The notes below the pieces were generated by a model that worked only from the letters and a program-made list of their open reading frames with translations, was not told the DNA's origin and searched no databases. This document shows, piece by piece, positions 18,801-28,088 of a DNA stretch of 43,824 nucleotides. The DNA is from a virus (Duplodnaviria > Caudoviricetes). Each line of letters starts with the position of its first letter. Position 1 is the stretch's first letter. The translations under genes were made by a program, and so were the position numbers. Location of the stretch: IMG/VR virus record IMGVR_UViG_3300027863_000063, positions 1-43,824 of that record; one strand, written 5' to 3'.

Positions 18801-21800
18801 TTTTCTTCTGGATTATTTGTATCATGTGCTATTTTATTTAATAATGCATATTCTTCACTTAATTTAGCCGCTTTTGCAAAATATTCTGAAACATCAGCTG
18901 GCAAAGTAAACAATATTTCTCTATAATCTTTCCCCCCAGGGAGTGCCCAACTATGATATTTGGTATAATCGTATCCATATTGTAATGATCCATCCATACC
19001 ATGGCCAATAACTTTTTTACTTTTATCTTCTTTAATTACTTCTTTTATAACTAGTTTATTTGCTTCAATATAATCAAGAGCTTCTTGCGGAGATATTTTT
19101 TGGTCCGTGTCAAGAAAATCATCAAGCCCAGTCCACTTTAGTTCTTCCTGCTTTACTCCATTCGCTATTAGAGTATTCAGAATTTGCTTTCCTGGCATTG
19201 CGCCTTTAATCTTTTGCTGGACTACTTCTGCTGCCTTATATTTCCATGGTGAAGCATATTGATTTGCAGGTTCATATTTGCCTTTATTTTCAAATAGAGT
19301 TTCTGCCTGCTCAGGGGGTGATTCTTCCTTCTTCCATTCAATGCCTTTCTTTTCGAGTAGCCTTCTCGCAGCCTGTGTTGATTCATTATCGGGATTTCCA
19401 TTGGCGGTTGCTATTAGTTTTTCAATTTTTGACATCTCTCTAATTTCGCCGCTGGCTATCTTTTGCTGGTATTCCTTGCGCAATTCTTCACGTTTTGCCA
19501 TAATTGCCGCTGAACGTTCGGCTTCTCTATCAACAACCTTTTGCCATTCTTTATCGCTCATGCCTCCTCTATTCTTATGCAGTGATGCATCTCCCATATC
19601 ATGCTTAGAAGCACCATGCTCTGCCAAATATTGTTCTTCATCAAAATATGATTTTATTTGAGGTGATGTTTCTGGCTGCTTAGCCAAAATCTGACCATTC
19701 TGCGCTTGTTCTGCATTCAGCAATTCCCATTCAAGTTGCTCTTCTTCAGTTGCGACGCCTGCTTTGACTTTTGCCTGCAAAACAAGGTCATGATTCGTTG
19801 CCCAATTTGAACCTGCCCATTGTGTTGCTTTATATGATAGTTCATCGACAATGCTTTCTGCTGATTTATCAACATTCCCTACGCTATATCCGGCCGCTTC
19901 AATAACCTTGCGTCTATCTTCTGCGCTTAATCGTATTGAAGATCGCCATATCGCAAGCTGCTTCGCAATATCCTTTTGAATCTCGGTCGCTGCTTTCCCT
20001 ATTGCTGTTTGAGTCTCCAAAACCGAAGGCTCATTCTTTTCAATCCCATCAAGCCATGGCTGGCTTGCCTCACTGAGCTTTGAACCTTTGATATAATAAA
20101 GAGCATTTGCAATATCATCTGCTTTGAGAGATTTATCTTTGGCAATTTGGATGCCTGCTTTTTGTAAATCTTCATCATCTTTTGCTACTTCTGCGATTGC
20201 TCGTGCTTTGTCCCCTGTGAGGATCCCGTTGAGATATAGGCTTTCCAAATCAGGGCCGGCATATGTCCCAATCCAGAAACCATTCTGTCCCGCAGCCTTG
20301 CGTAGAAGGCCTCGTCCCTCTGCTCCTTCGTAAGTGTAGGCTCCTCTAAGTCTTTTGAAGTATCGCTCATAATCCTTCTCCGTTCCTTGACCATCTCTGA
20401 TATTCATTTCGGCATCAAGCTGCGCCATATCTTCAGTCGTATAGCCATCTTTTTCCCGTAATATATCAACAGGAATAGTCGGCTCATTGTTGCGCGTCCA
20501 AAGGTCAAGCCTATGCCTTCCAGTTACAATATAATACTGCCCATCATTTGCTTGCCACAATACAATCGGAGCGAACCCAAGATAATTCGGTTTCCCTTGT
20601 AATTCTTGCCCTTTTACTACACCTCTTTCGTTTGATCCTTCTTTGAAATTTGGCAATTCTGGATGAAACTTGATATCTGCAACAGGGAATTTATCTTCAT
20701 GGATAAAATTATATTCGGGCGATAGAGCGGATTGAATAGTTACTTGAGCTTCTGGCGGAACAGTTTTTATCGCATCGACGATTGTTTTACCTTTTTCAGT
20801 TTCTTGTGGCTGAATCTCGGCAATAGCATTTGCTGGCGTCTGTACCGATGGCTGCTCGGGGGCTATCTCCGTCGGCGTCAGTGGAGTTGTTTTTTCAATA
20901 TTCTGTGGTTCAAGTGCTTGCTGCGGCTTTATAATATTCTGTTCATTTGATTCTTTGGTTTGTGGCGCAGCCTGCTCTGGCATAGCCTGCTCTGGCGCAA
21001 CCTGTTCTAGTGGGACTTCTTCTGGCGGGGTCTGCTCGGGCGCAGCCTGCTCTGACGTAATCTGTTCTATAGGCTTTAATTCCGGCGCAGGCGGCTTATT
21101 GAAAAAGTCAGGATTCTCCGCGAGGACAGTATCTTTCGCTTTCTTCAATAATTCAGTGGTAGGATTGAAAATTATCTGGTAATCAGGAAGCGTATCTTTT
21201 ACATGCTTTAATAGGTCAACCGTCTGCCGCAATGATTCATCGGGATTCTTTTTGATATCGCCAAGCGGTGCTATCGATGAAACACGGATAATCTTATTCT
21301 CATCATCTGTGGCGAAAAATCCACGAATGGTTGCCTTTCTTGTTTCCCCTAAATTCTGTGTCGTGCCGCGAATCTCCATAATTCCAGGGGCCGGTTCCAA
21401 TTCCTTGAAGAATATTTCTGGGCCGTTTGAAGGGGCTGTAGTAACTGGGCTTCCGCCTATCGGGCTTCCGCCTATCGGGCTTCCGCCTATCGGGCTTCCG
21501 CCTATCGGGCTTCCGCCTATCGGATTTATTGTTGGCGGAGTAGTTTCACCTGTAGCTTGATTGCCTGGTGCAATAAGTTTTGGCTGAGTCGCATTCGATG
21601 GCCTCCATTCAGTTGAAGACCATTCGGTTGATGACCCTTCTGCCGGCCTCCCTTCCATCTTATTTATATATTCTTCACCTGCTTGCTGGATTGCCTCATG
21701 CTGCGCAATCTTTGCATTGATATTCGATTCTCTCCACACTGAATATGCAGACGGGATAAGTGCCATTGCAGCCATACTCATTGCGGTGGTTGCCATGGTA

Positions 21801-23080
21801 TTTGCAAGACTTGAAGTAATTTCATCCAAGGTTTTTGGGGCAATAGAGCTACCATCGAGCTTATTCGTAATCTGCTTGGCAGTTTCGGTTGACCATATCT
21901 GGAATCCCTCCCGAAGGCCGGCTGCTAGTGTTTGTGATCCAACCGTTTCCCCATAGCGAAGGAAGAATTTGCCCGCAGTTGTATTCACAATCCGCAAAAG
22001 AAGCCCCGAACGCTCCGCTGCATCTGGAGCTGATTTCGCCGTGGAGAGAATTGCATCTTTCAATGCCTCAATTTGTGCTCCATTCAATTTAGAGCTAAAT
22101 GAGCCAAGATATTGCCCCATCATTGCCATTTGGACAACAGTACCAAGACCTTCATAGGCTGTCGCTGCTAATGCGGCTATTTTTGGATTGATTTTTTGGC
22201 CTGTCATGGGGTCCTGGAATTCCATCATATCCCTGAACGCAGCGCCGCCTTCCAATTCCCTGGTGTTTGACGCAATCTCAGCCCCCGAAGCTAATTTGCC
22301 AGCCAATGTTGCAATGGTAGGTATCAATGAGACAATAGCGCCCCCTACTACCGTTTGCGGCGATGGGACTTGCATCAAACCTGCACCAACCGTTGTAAGA
22401 ATCTTCGCAACCATCCCTGCGGTAGCGCCTTTCAATAGTGTTTCTGTCCATGAGGGAATTATCTGCGCAGTTGCTTTCAGAATATTTATTGGGAGCGAGC
22501 GTTTGATATAATCCTGTGGAGGCATCTCCTTTTCGAGCGTGAGTATAGATTGATAATCAGGGTCTTTCTCTGCTTCTTCCCATGTAGTGTACTGCCCGGA
22601 AAGATATTTATTTTTGAGTGAAAAATAGTTCTTGGCAATAGATTGATTCAAAAGCGAGGCTTTATATGCATTTGCCACGGCTTCAAGGCCGGATTTCGGG
22701 GATAATGCTTCGCCATAATCATGCTGTAATATCGAATCAAGATTCTGAAACGCCTCATCGAAGGGAATTTGTTTTGCTTGAGAAACATAATATGAGGAAT
22801 AAAGCCTGTTTTCCATTTCGGAAGGATTATCCGAAAGCTGAATTGCCTGTTTGAAAGTTTCGGCGATATTTTTTGGGATCCATGCCTCAGCTGGCTGCCC
22901 AGGATACAGCGGTTCCTTTCCAGCGCCTTTTACCGTTTCTTCATAATATGGGCTTTCTATTGCATATTTGGATAAATCCTGAAGAAGGTCATCGAATGAG
23001 AATGGCTTTTTCTTTTTCTCTTCTTCATCGACTGTTCTAAAGGAAGAGAAAAGCTGTCGGTAATAATCTGGCCCTGGCAT
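12854..23080 (-). CDS. Giant internal virion (ejection) polyvalent protein, 3408 aa, with ParB-like, RadC/JAB and LPD38-like regions
   Basis: T7 gp16-like position; APIVLWQ..GQYYIVTGRHRL (ParB-like); E...HNHPSGDVTPSPQD (JAB/RadC); IEEIQSDWHQ module; C-terminal ETQPT..LFQFQ region with hydrophobic helices. Confidence 0.85.
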   Translation of the reverse strand: MPGPDYYRQLFSSFRTVDEEEKKKKPFSFDDLLQDLSKYAIESPYYEETVKGAGKEPLYPGQPAEAWIPKNIAETFKQAIQLSDNPSEMENRLYSSYYVSQAKQIPFDEAFQNLDSILQHDYGEALSPKSGLEAVANAYKASLLNQSIAKNYFSLKNKYLSGQYTTWEEAEKDPDYQSILTLEKEMPPQDYIKRSLPINILKATAQIIPSWTETLLKGATAGMVAKILTTVGAGLMQVPSPQTVVGGAIVSLIPTIATLAGKLASGAEIASNTRELEGGAAFRDMMEFQDPMTGQKINPKIAALAATAYEGLGTVVQMAMMGQYLGSFSSKLNGAQIEALKDAILSTAKSAPDAAERSGLLLRIVNTTAGKFFLRYGETVGSQTLAAGLREGFQIWSTETAKQITNKLDGSSIAPKTLDEITSSLANTMATTAMSMAAMALIPSAYSVWRESNINAKIAQHEAIQQAGEEYINKMEGRPAEGSSTEWSSTEWRPSNATQPKLIAPGNQATGETTPPTINPIGGSPIGGSPIGGSPIGGSPIGGSPVTTAPSNGPEIFFKELEPAPGIMEIRGTTQNLGETRKATIRGFFATDDENKIIRVSSIAPLGDIKKNPDESLRQTVDLLKHVKDTLPDYQIIFNPTTELLKKAKDTVLAENPDFFNKPPAPELKPIEQITSEQAAPEQTPPEEVPLEQVAPEQAMPEQAAPQTKESNEQNIIKPQQALEPQNIEKTTPLTPTEIAPEQPSVQTPANAIAEIQPQETEKGKTIVDAIKTVPPEAQVTIQSALSPEYNFIHEDKFPVADIKFHPELPNFKEGSNERGVVKGQELQGKPNYLGFAPIVLWQANDGQYYIVTGRHRLDLWTRNNEPTIPVDILREKDGYTTEDMAQLDAEMNIRDGQGTEKDYERYFKRLRGAYTYEGAEGRGLLRKAAGQNGFWIGTYAGPDLESLYLNGILTGDKARAIAEVAKDDEDLQKAGIQIAKDKSLKADDIANALYYIKGSKLSEASQPWLDGIEKNEPSVLETQTAIGKAATEIQKDIAKQLAIWRSSIRLSAEDRRKVIEAAGYSVGNVDKSAESIVDELSYKATQWAGSNWATNHDLVLQAKVKAGVATEEEQLEWELLNAEQAQNGQILAKQPETSPQIKSYFDEEQYLAEHGASKHDMGDASLHKNRGGMSDKEWQKVVDREAERSAAIMAKREELRKEYQQKIASGEIREMSKIEKLIATANGNPDNESTQAARRLLEKKGIEWKKEESPPEQAETLFENKGKYEPANQYASPWKYKAAEVVQQKIKGAMPGKQILNTLIANGVKQEELKWTGLDDFLDTDQKISPQEALDYIEANKLVIKEVIKEDKSKKVIGHGMDGSLQYGYDYTKYHSWALPGGKDYREILFTLPADVSEYFAKAAKLSEEYALLNKIAHDTNNPEEKAEYAEKARDKYNDLLDLRDAIYAVAGVNDLEPYGVVNKNIDAIFRAPHWSEGNIVAHTRVDDRLTSDDKDALFIEEIQSDWHQKGREFGYKDELAPPKIELKKLSEGIWDAKINDGPAQIYRGKSEEEVRQKVLDRYNSDMDLSGVPPAPFSKTWHEFVFKRMLKDAVEQGYDYLAWTTGKQQSDRYSLSKYIDSIEYKANDDNTYYVEFIKNKKMLHELPHATPETIQEYIGKELTKKIINGEGDSITKTSPISHSSSEWKSISGLDLDIGNKGMYGFYDKMLVDFANKYGKKWGAQVQDIKIHVDGAFTKKLETVHALPITDQMRGAIPEGQYLFEDAKTKYGLEIEKSEYREQMLKALDLMKLLAANLDNFFNKEIQDFISKNNTALIAALMNAKTKNIAFENPKIPNVKFTITPAADGSKSWDLNYYKNGEIVYAERYKSRTQAIENVYTEAALPYGDVGDWQLNTTAKELYDVTPNQIGDMVEAIKNEAPIEYDEKTLKIVYGSKENYDKADKSLSIKTEGAAPIQQSLFDFDENPNEPSLFSDMDQGELFENGQAEYSPSNAAPRPVVHYRQAHISDILGPAGTVRYPAYVENRKGQKRVSFVGQRIASAEDIATLFQVYRNSSIETFHLIYLDSDGKILAHNALSSGQPGFTTASETGDNARFQYYLKDRMARLGAKHIILMHNHPSGDVTPSPQDVSVQARYEKLLGDAVLYHVIIDHGEATVFNINKNLGGNAYLIKQDKIKFNASGYSLSTEQLPEIHNPKTAIEYAASVIHGSNAKNILIIVDNQLRVISWRPISYTEPQKIYQAIRESGGSSGFAITSSKAFFDIISKNYEDAIGKGGKFVNLVDIIYSESSLFPSVDDEKVINGRVDDTRYKVQRSRKKITHSFLFENDPLYLSKEAMEFDNYDDFKKAYQGEQGDEEELKSAWQAAQKEKASAISTEDFIRSLKNDPEKLRAFLEANGADLFDKKVARKTMNVVDATSYRIATGGVVSDATMNRTLALIEKNASKWKARYDELMGNTEARPSDFEITTNEPDENIDLLLAKYKEAMAKLPENAQLSQLSEEISKNTKVLREELQKNQNKLKEYQDRFSYAEKRLVDMERELLDINKRIFAERAKKKMGKANGDLLLDLETHKKELAEMIDNRTKALSPESGLRNAAYLAAQKAVQETRQKLREQLSVQRAKKAQRELMLYYAKEIMRPPAKNVDFKVALQIKELQQQLDPHFRRMSAEDQNVIIELPGKKPLNLWDIKDLQELYQQVSDLRDYGAILYEERMAKRKAEQDAIRYEMSNTAIETGKERPAYMYGTDEFRAQQQADKSIFKNFDISLTTIHRITRALDGGKEGIFYKTIAQPDRDAFTREKNAFDKRRTAFETRMKELGLDRDALYKEKVNLGSQHISKWEAIALYIGIQNPKTEAAIVYGNMMSIDDKAKLPDEEFYQKAAENRAAIRRAISTLTPQEIALAEWLIQEGRDNYQRLADATYEYENRIPVQENAYYPHERKMRTGEEPTAEEIMDQVMARAAKAMVNVGKQPTIERIAIGDRHQTPINLDAYQVYLRTWETQEHYIAYAPLITKLNGIFKSRNAETLRDKIRRYHGQSYIDYIDRWISEAANPKAFKDFNATTQGTEKMFQLLRGALGIAYLGLRASRGVFQLITSPAPFFPYAGAYMVKQMVENLNPASFMKNLAFAKENSAFIRHRVINPIDAFIKEYIEAEPSEAKRIAMQMMGAIMEWADMWSVSTGWEAVYNKTAAGLRESGKTAEEIHDIAYKEADKILQETQPTYRHEDLAPAFKMDSQLQRFLFQFQTPLNVIYNQLFHDAPNDWKNGHRGRSLAIWFGYMAVMGLIALITAPKGKDDDEEKKAKRFLSGMATAPLDTIPFVGNVASGFVESAITGDRFYRDDQIFPGVTKLFEGAYTAMTTQDEESRLRAYLKMLEASGMFVGVPTSALKEYSRVIFKGDWGALWGQREY
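21447..21523. repeat. 5 perfect tandem copies of 15-bp gggcttccgcctatc, encoding (PIGGS)5
   Basis: Units start at 21447, 21462, 21477, 21492 and 21507. Confidence 0.97.
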
Positions 23081-23089
23081 TATTCCCCC

Positions 23090-26000
23090 TTATTGTGTTC
23101 CTGGACGTGCTTCTAGTATAGGCCCATACGCATGTATCGTTGATTCGTTCGTTGATTGCGAAGAGATTCCCAATAAAGATGTATCTATAGGCCAATACCG
23201 CCGAATAATACCGTCATCATCATATTTAGACTGTACTTTAACCCATTTTGTTTTATAATTTCTATTATCCAGCCATGGTACATAAGCATAAACAGAAATA
23301 GTATCTGTTTTTGTTTTCTCATTATATTGATGTGTTTCCATGATTGGCAGAGCGTCTTTCCCATAAAGCCCCATATAGAATCGAACGCTTGTAATATTAT
23401 TGCCTATACCTAATTTATTTAATACTGCTTTATCTTTTACTACAAAGTGAACTTCGCCATTTAAAAAAGTTTCAGCGACTCCATTTTGTCCTTCTTTTAA
23501 TTGGACACCCATTGGCGACAAAGCCTTATTGATATATTCCAAACTTGCAGCCTTCCATGCCTTGAGTTTCGATTCAAATCCTTTATAAATTGGAAATGCC
23601 AAACCATTTTTACCTGCCATAAACATTGTAAAATCACCCTTTTGTGTGCCCTCGACCCATTTTTCTGAAATATCATATTCCCCTTGCTCAAGTCTGAATT
23701 TCTGTGGTAATTCAATATCCAATTTACGTTTATTTATAAGGTCTATTAGCTGTTTTTCTTCTTGTGAAGTAAGAATTGGATGGGTTTGTTTGAAATTATC
23801 TATATATGTAGTTAAATCTCTCCATTCTTGTTGTGATGAAATACCAGGATTACCTTTTTTTATTTTTTCATATGCAGCATCGACATTAACATATGCTTTT
23901 AAATTTTGCGTATCTGGTACCATTTTTGCCAATAATGCCCCAATCTTGCTGAGTGAATGCGTTTTTATAAATAAAGTCCCATTATTATTCATGATTGCTC
24001 TAAATGTATCTTCGTTCGCAACGATGGTTTGTTGCTTACCATCAATGGTAAAAGTATATGTTGGAGCCTGTGCTCCTACCGCTGCATTTTTGCGCCATGC
24101 AGGATAAACATCAGCTATAAATTCAAGAACTTGCAAATAGCTTTCTGCTGTTTGTACTTCTGCTGCTGTTGGGGCATCTTGCTTTCCATCACTATTAGGT
24201 TGCTTAGCCTTTTGGTCCTGTGTTTTTTTTGCATCCAATGCAGCATTAAATGCAATTAACTCCTTGCTATATTCATGATAGGTAGTCGGATCAAGATTTT
24301 TAGCATTCTCGGTTTGGAACCAATCATCGCTGATAATATTATTTGGATCATAGCCAGGGAGCCCCAAGAGGCCATTCCACATATTGCGCATTCCATCGCT
24401 AAATTCTTTCTTCCCAGGCGCAGCCTTTGCATCGAGGACTTCTTTTGAATTATCGAAAGTTAACTTCTTATTGAGCCAATAATCACGCATCTTGTTATCG
24501 GTATCAGTCGCATTCGGGAATAAGTCTTTTACCAATTGCTCAGTGAATATTTCGCCGGTTGGCTTATATCCAGGAATGGTTTGCGCTTTGATATATTCAT
24601 CGAATGCATCTGATAGCCGTTTATCAATTGTCGCATAATTTGCATTTAGTCTCTTCGCAAGCTGAACATCGGCAGCGTGAATCCATGTATTCGCTGTATT
24701 CGGGTCATTGTTATAAATTCCCCAAATATCTTTTACGAATTGGTCATAATTCGATTGCGCTGTTTTTGTATCAGCGTTTGGTAGATTTTGCATGAATGCG
24801 CTGAATTTAGCCGAAGCATTATCATTTTTTGTTTTTTGCTCTTTCCGTTGCTGATCTTCGAGCTGCCAACTTCCTCGTGCATGTTCTCGAGATTCAGCCT
24901 GGAATGCTTCGTCCTCACGCTGTTTTGCAATCTTGTCAGCATTAAGGTCAATTGTATCAAGCAAATCTTTCAATGCTGCTCTTTTCTCTGGCGTAAGCAC
25001 CCTGGCATTATCGATAATATTGATTATTTCCTGCTTTTCTGTAGCATCACCAGCACCTTTTGCATATGCATCATTTTTGTAATTTCTAATTGTGCTATTT
25101 ATTGTATCTTCTGTGGCTGTAATATAGGCATTCGCTCTAACTGTCTTGAGCGCATTCAAGAGTGTTGAATATGTTTGATCCGATAATTGCCCCTTATTTT
25201 CATTAAGCCAATCTTCAGTGAGAATATTATCATTTGTAGCACCTTCATAGAGTTTTGCTTGACTCTCATGAAGTTCATTTGCATACTTATCCGCTGCTTC
25301 CTCTGACTTAAATATTCCAAGGTGCTCGCCAGTATTGTGATATTCTTCAATCGCTTGCTCATTTGTAAGAACCCTTCCATCTTTTGAAATAGTCGGGATA
25401 AGTATATATTGTCCATCTTCTTCAATGGTAATTGACCGAACTGTTGCAATTGAGCCATCTGGCATCTTGACAACCCGACGATGATTCAGGTCAAGGTTCC
25501 CACGTTCAATCATCCCATCATATTTTTCAGGACCGAGATTTACAGGGAGATTCTTATTTGGTATTTCAAGCGGCTGCCCGTTTGCAAAATTCAAAAGATT
25601 CGCCGCAAGCCAAATGCCTGTTCGTTCTGTTCCCTGCCTATTCGATAGGTCTAGCGCCGATGCTGCTTTTATTTTATCTTCGAATGTTAATTTAGAATCA
25701 CTGAATATTGTTTCCAGGGTATATTTTGAAGGATTTTTCTTTATCTCGGGAATCAATGTTTTTGTGAGATATTCTGCTGAACCTTTCGATACTGATGCCT
25801 GATAAAGTTTTAGATATTCGTTATTCAATGCAGCAAATACTGATGGGTTGGTTATTACTCCTTTCTTCTCTGTAAGTTTAGCCTCAATAGCTGTTAATTT
25901 TTCGCTAATATCTTTCCCATCTTCATAGTCTTTTGTGGCGCCGAAAATAAGCCCCATGATTTCCATGCTGGCTTGATCCTGGGCATTTGCTTTATTTCTG

Positions 26001-27340
26001 TCTTGAGTAGAAAGATATAATGAATAATTCTGAATAAGGTATTTTGAATCCGAAGCAAGCACTTCTTCTGGCTTTGCTGTTCCATTTAAAATTTTTGCTA
26101 TAAGTTTAGCATTATCATCAGTTTGCGATTTATCTTGTATCTGTTTTTGAGCGGACCAGTACATTTCTTTATATTTAGCTTTTACCGCATCATCGACTTT
26201 CATTTCATCAATCATCTGAGGAGTAAGTGTTGGAACATTCGGATCGATTATTTTTCCAAATACGAGCGTTGATAACAAATTATCCGCAGCCTTCGAGAGC
26301 TTATTCAAATTATCATTGGGCTGTGTTGCTGCCCAATCATTATAGAGTGTATAGGAATAATTGGTATTTTTGAATTTCAGACTAGAGAGTAAATCAAAAT
26401 CAATAGGCTTGCCTTCATATAGTGAACCCGTTCTTATTGCATCTTTTATTTTGATAAATTTAGCATATTCATCAGCCCCTACTGGATTCAATTCTTTGAA
26501 TTGTTCAAAGTAATAGGCTGTCTTGCTTGTAGGATGAGCATTGATATTTTCAATAGTAAAATTATTTGGTTTTCCCTCGAGAGCATTCCCAAGCTCAATA
26601 TCAAGTATGGCTTGATTCGCTTTATCTTGACTATTTTCCCATACATTGGCATACGACATTAGCCCATTTATATTTTCAGTACCTAATGTAAATGTTTGAC
26701 CGAGTGCTGTATAGGTTTGGCCTACCAGACCGAGAATTGTTTGTGCCGCCGCACCATAGCCTTTTGTTTTCAATGCGTCAAGAACCTGCGATTTTGCATC
26801 ATCGACCATGATCTGCTGCCCATATTGTTTGACAATATTCTGTTCCTCGACTGGCGAAATGATATTGAAATTGCGTAAATCCGTGAGCTCGCGCGCCATA
26901 TAATCCATTTTATCTTTTGTCGTGAGCGTTGAATCATTGAGCATAGTCTCAATTCTCTGCTGCGCTGCCGCAACCATGCTCTTTGACCAATTCTGAAATT
27001 GGTAGGCTGAAACTTTTTCATATTGATCGGTAGAAACCTGCTCGACATATTGAAGAAGGTTTTTCCTTGCAAGGGGATTCTGAACTTTCTGTGCATCTTC
27101 CATTAACTTATTCTTGAAGTCATTCCATTTGAGCATGTAGCCTGACATCTGCCCTGGAAGGCCGTGATCGGGGTCCTGCAAAAGACTATCATTGAATTCT
27201 TTCACCTGCTGCATATATTCGAGAGATTTATTCTTTACAATATTATCAGCATCAACCTTGTAAATTGTCTCACCAAGGTTTTGAATCGACTGGCCGAATT
27301 GGCCAAGTGATTCAACAAATGCCCTTGAACCTGCACTCAT
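23090..27340 (-). CDS. Internal virion protein (gp15-like position), 1416 aa
   Basis: Large helical protein between the small internal protein and the giant polyvalent protein. Confidence 0.7.
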   Translation of the reverse strand: MSAGSRAFVESLGQFGQSIQNLGETIYKVDADNIVKNKSLEYMQQVKEFNDSLLQDPDHGLPGQMSGYMLKWNDFKNKLMEDAQKVQNPLARKNLLQYVEQVSTDQYEKVSAYQFQNWSKSMVAAAQQRIETMLNDSTLTTKDKMDYMARELTDLRNFNIISPVEEQNIVKQYGQQIMVDDAKSQVLDALKTKGYGAAAQTILGLVGQTYTALGQTFTLGTENINGLMSYANVWENSQDKANQAILDIELGNALEGKPNNFTIENINAHPTSKTAYYFEQFKELNPVGADEYAKFIKIKDAIRTGSLYEGKPIDFDLLSSLKFKNTNYSYTLYNDWAATQPNDNLNKLSKAADNLLSTLVFGKIIDPNVPTLTPQMIDEMKVDDAVKAKYKEMYWSAQKQIQDKSQTDDNAKLIAKILNGTAKPEEVLASDSKYLIQNYSLYLSTQDRNKANAQDQASMEIMGLIFGATKDYEDGKDISEKLTAIEAKLTEKKGVITNPSVFAALNNEYLKLYQASVSKGSAEYLTKTLIPEIKKNPSKYTLETIFSDSKLTFEDKIKAASALDLSNRQGTERTGIWLAANLLNFANGQPLEIPNKNLPVNLGPEKYDGMIERGNLDLNHRRVVKMPDGSIATVRSITIEEDGQYILIPTISKDGRVLTNEQAIEEYHNTGEHLGIFKSEEAADKYANELHESQAKLYEGATNDNILTEDWLNENKGQLSDQTYSTLLNALKTVRANAYITATEDTINSTIRNYKNDAYAKGAGDATEKQEIINIIDNARVLTPEKRAALKDLLDTIDLNADKIAKQREDEAFQAESREHARGSWQLEDQQRKEQKTKNDNASAKFSAFMQNLPNADTKTAQSNYDQFVKDIWGIYNNDPNTANTWIHAADVQLAKRLNANYATIDKRLSDAFDEYIKAQTIPGYKPTGEIFTEQLVKDLFPNATDTDNKMRDYWLNKKLTFDNSKEVLDAKAAPGKKEFSDGMRNMWNGLLGLPGYDPNNIISDDWFQTENAKNLDPTTYHEYSKELIAFNAALDAKKTQDQKAKQPNSDGKQDAPTAAEVQTAESYLQVLEFIADVYPAWRKNAAVGAQAPTYTFTIDGKQQTIVANEDTFRAIMNNNGTLFIKTHSLSKIGALLAKMVPDTQNLKAYVNVDAAYEKIKKGNPGISSQQEWRDLTTYIDNFKQTHPILTSQEEKQLIDLINKRKLDIELPQKFRLEQGEYDISEKWVEGTQKGDFTMFMAGKNGLAFPIYKGFESKLKAWKAASLEYINKALSPMGVQLKEGQNGVAETFLNGEVHFVVKDKAVLNKLGIGNNITSVRFYMGLYGKDALPIMETHQYNEKTKTDTISVYAYVPWLDNRNYKTKWVKVQSKYDDDGIIRRYWPIDTSLLGISSQSTNESTIHAYGPILEARPGTQ

Positions 27341-27355
27341 TCGGTCGCCCCTTTA

Positions 27356-28087
27356 TCATTTTATAAGCCCATAGCCATAGAGCTTACTAAACGTATCTGT
27401 TGCTGCCCCAACAGTCCCAAAGAAATCTGCAGCAAACCACCAGCCATTGTAGGTATATTCTTGTTTAACTTTATCAAGCCAATTTGATTCAATAGTTGCT
27501 CCAGCATTGATTTGTTCTTTCTGATAGTTATAATATTTCATCAGTGTCGAGCCTTCGTTGTATTGGCCTACTAGCTCATTTGCTTGCCTTCTCGCCTCCA
27601 GGATATTCATTGCTCCTTGGCCGGCAGCGAAAGATTGTTTCTTGCCAATGAGGTTTTTCTGCGTGGCAATCTGCTGATTCGCTTGTGATGCAAGGACATC
27701 GCTCGAAAGTGTATCTTGTTTTGCGCCTGAAATCCCCTGGCTTAATGCAAGCTGGCCGAGCGTTTGCTGTGCTTCTCCTTGCGTATCCAAAAGCTGCGAT
27801 TCTGCCGCCATCTGTTCAATATACGTCTGCTGCATATTCGAACCGAATTGACTTATAGAAGAACGCTGAATTTGCCCTGCCTGCTTGATATCTGCTTCTT
27901 TCGAGAGCTGAAGTTGATAATCAAGTTTGCCTAATGCTTCGGTTTTCTGTTGCTCAAGTTTTGCTTTTTCGTACTCTACTTTATTGCGTTCTTCTTCGCG
28001 CTCTTTTGCTCGACCAACAATCCCAGCACCAGCCGTCGCAATTCCACTGGCGATTGTAAAAATAAGCAATAATGTAACTGGATCCAT
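27356..28087 (-). CDS. Internal virion protein (gp14-like)
   Basis: MDPVTLLLIF..ASGIATAGAG N-terminus, Gln/Ala-rich helices; directly after tail tubular B. Confidence 0.7.
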   Translation of the reverse strand: MDPVTLLLIFTIASGIATAGAGIVGRAKEREEERNKVEYEKAKLEQQKTEALGKLDYQLQLSKEADIKQAGQIQRSSISQFGSNMQQTYIEQMAAESQLLDTQGEAQQTLGQLALSQGISGAKQDTLSSDVLASQANQQIATQKNLIGKKQSFAAGQGAMNILEARRQANELVGQYNEGSTLMKYYNYQKEQINAGATIESNWLDKVKQEYTYNGWWFAADFFGTVGAATDTFSKLYGYGLIK

Positions 28088-28088
28088 A

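Noticed and set aside
21447-21523. Tandem repeat as a CRISPR array or iterons
   Set aside because: No spacers; it is an in-frame coding repeat.
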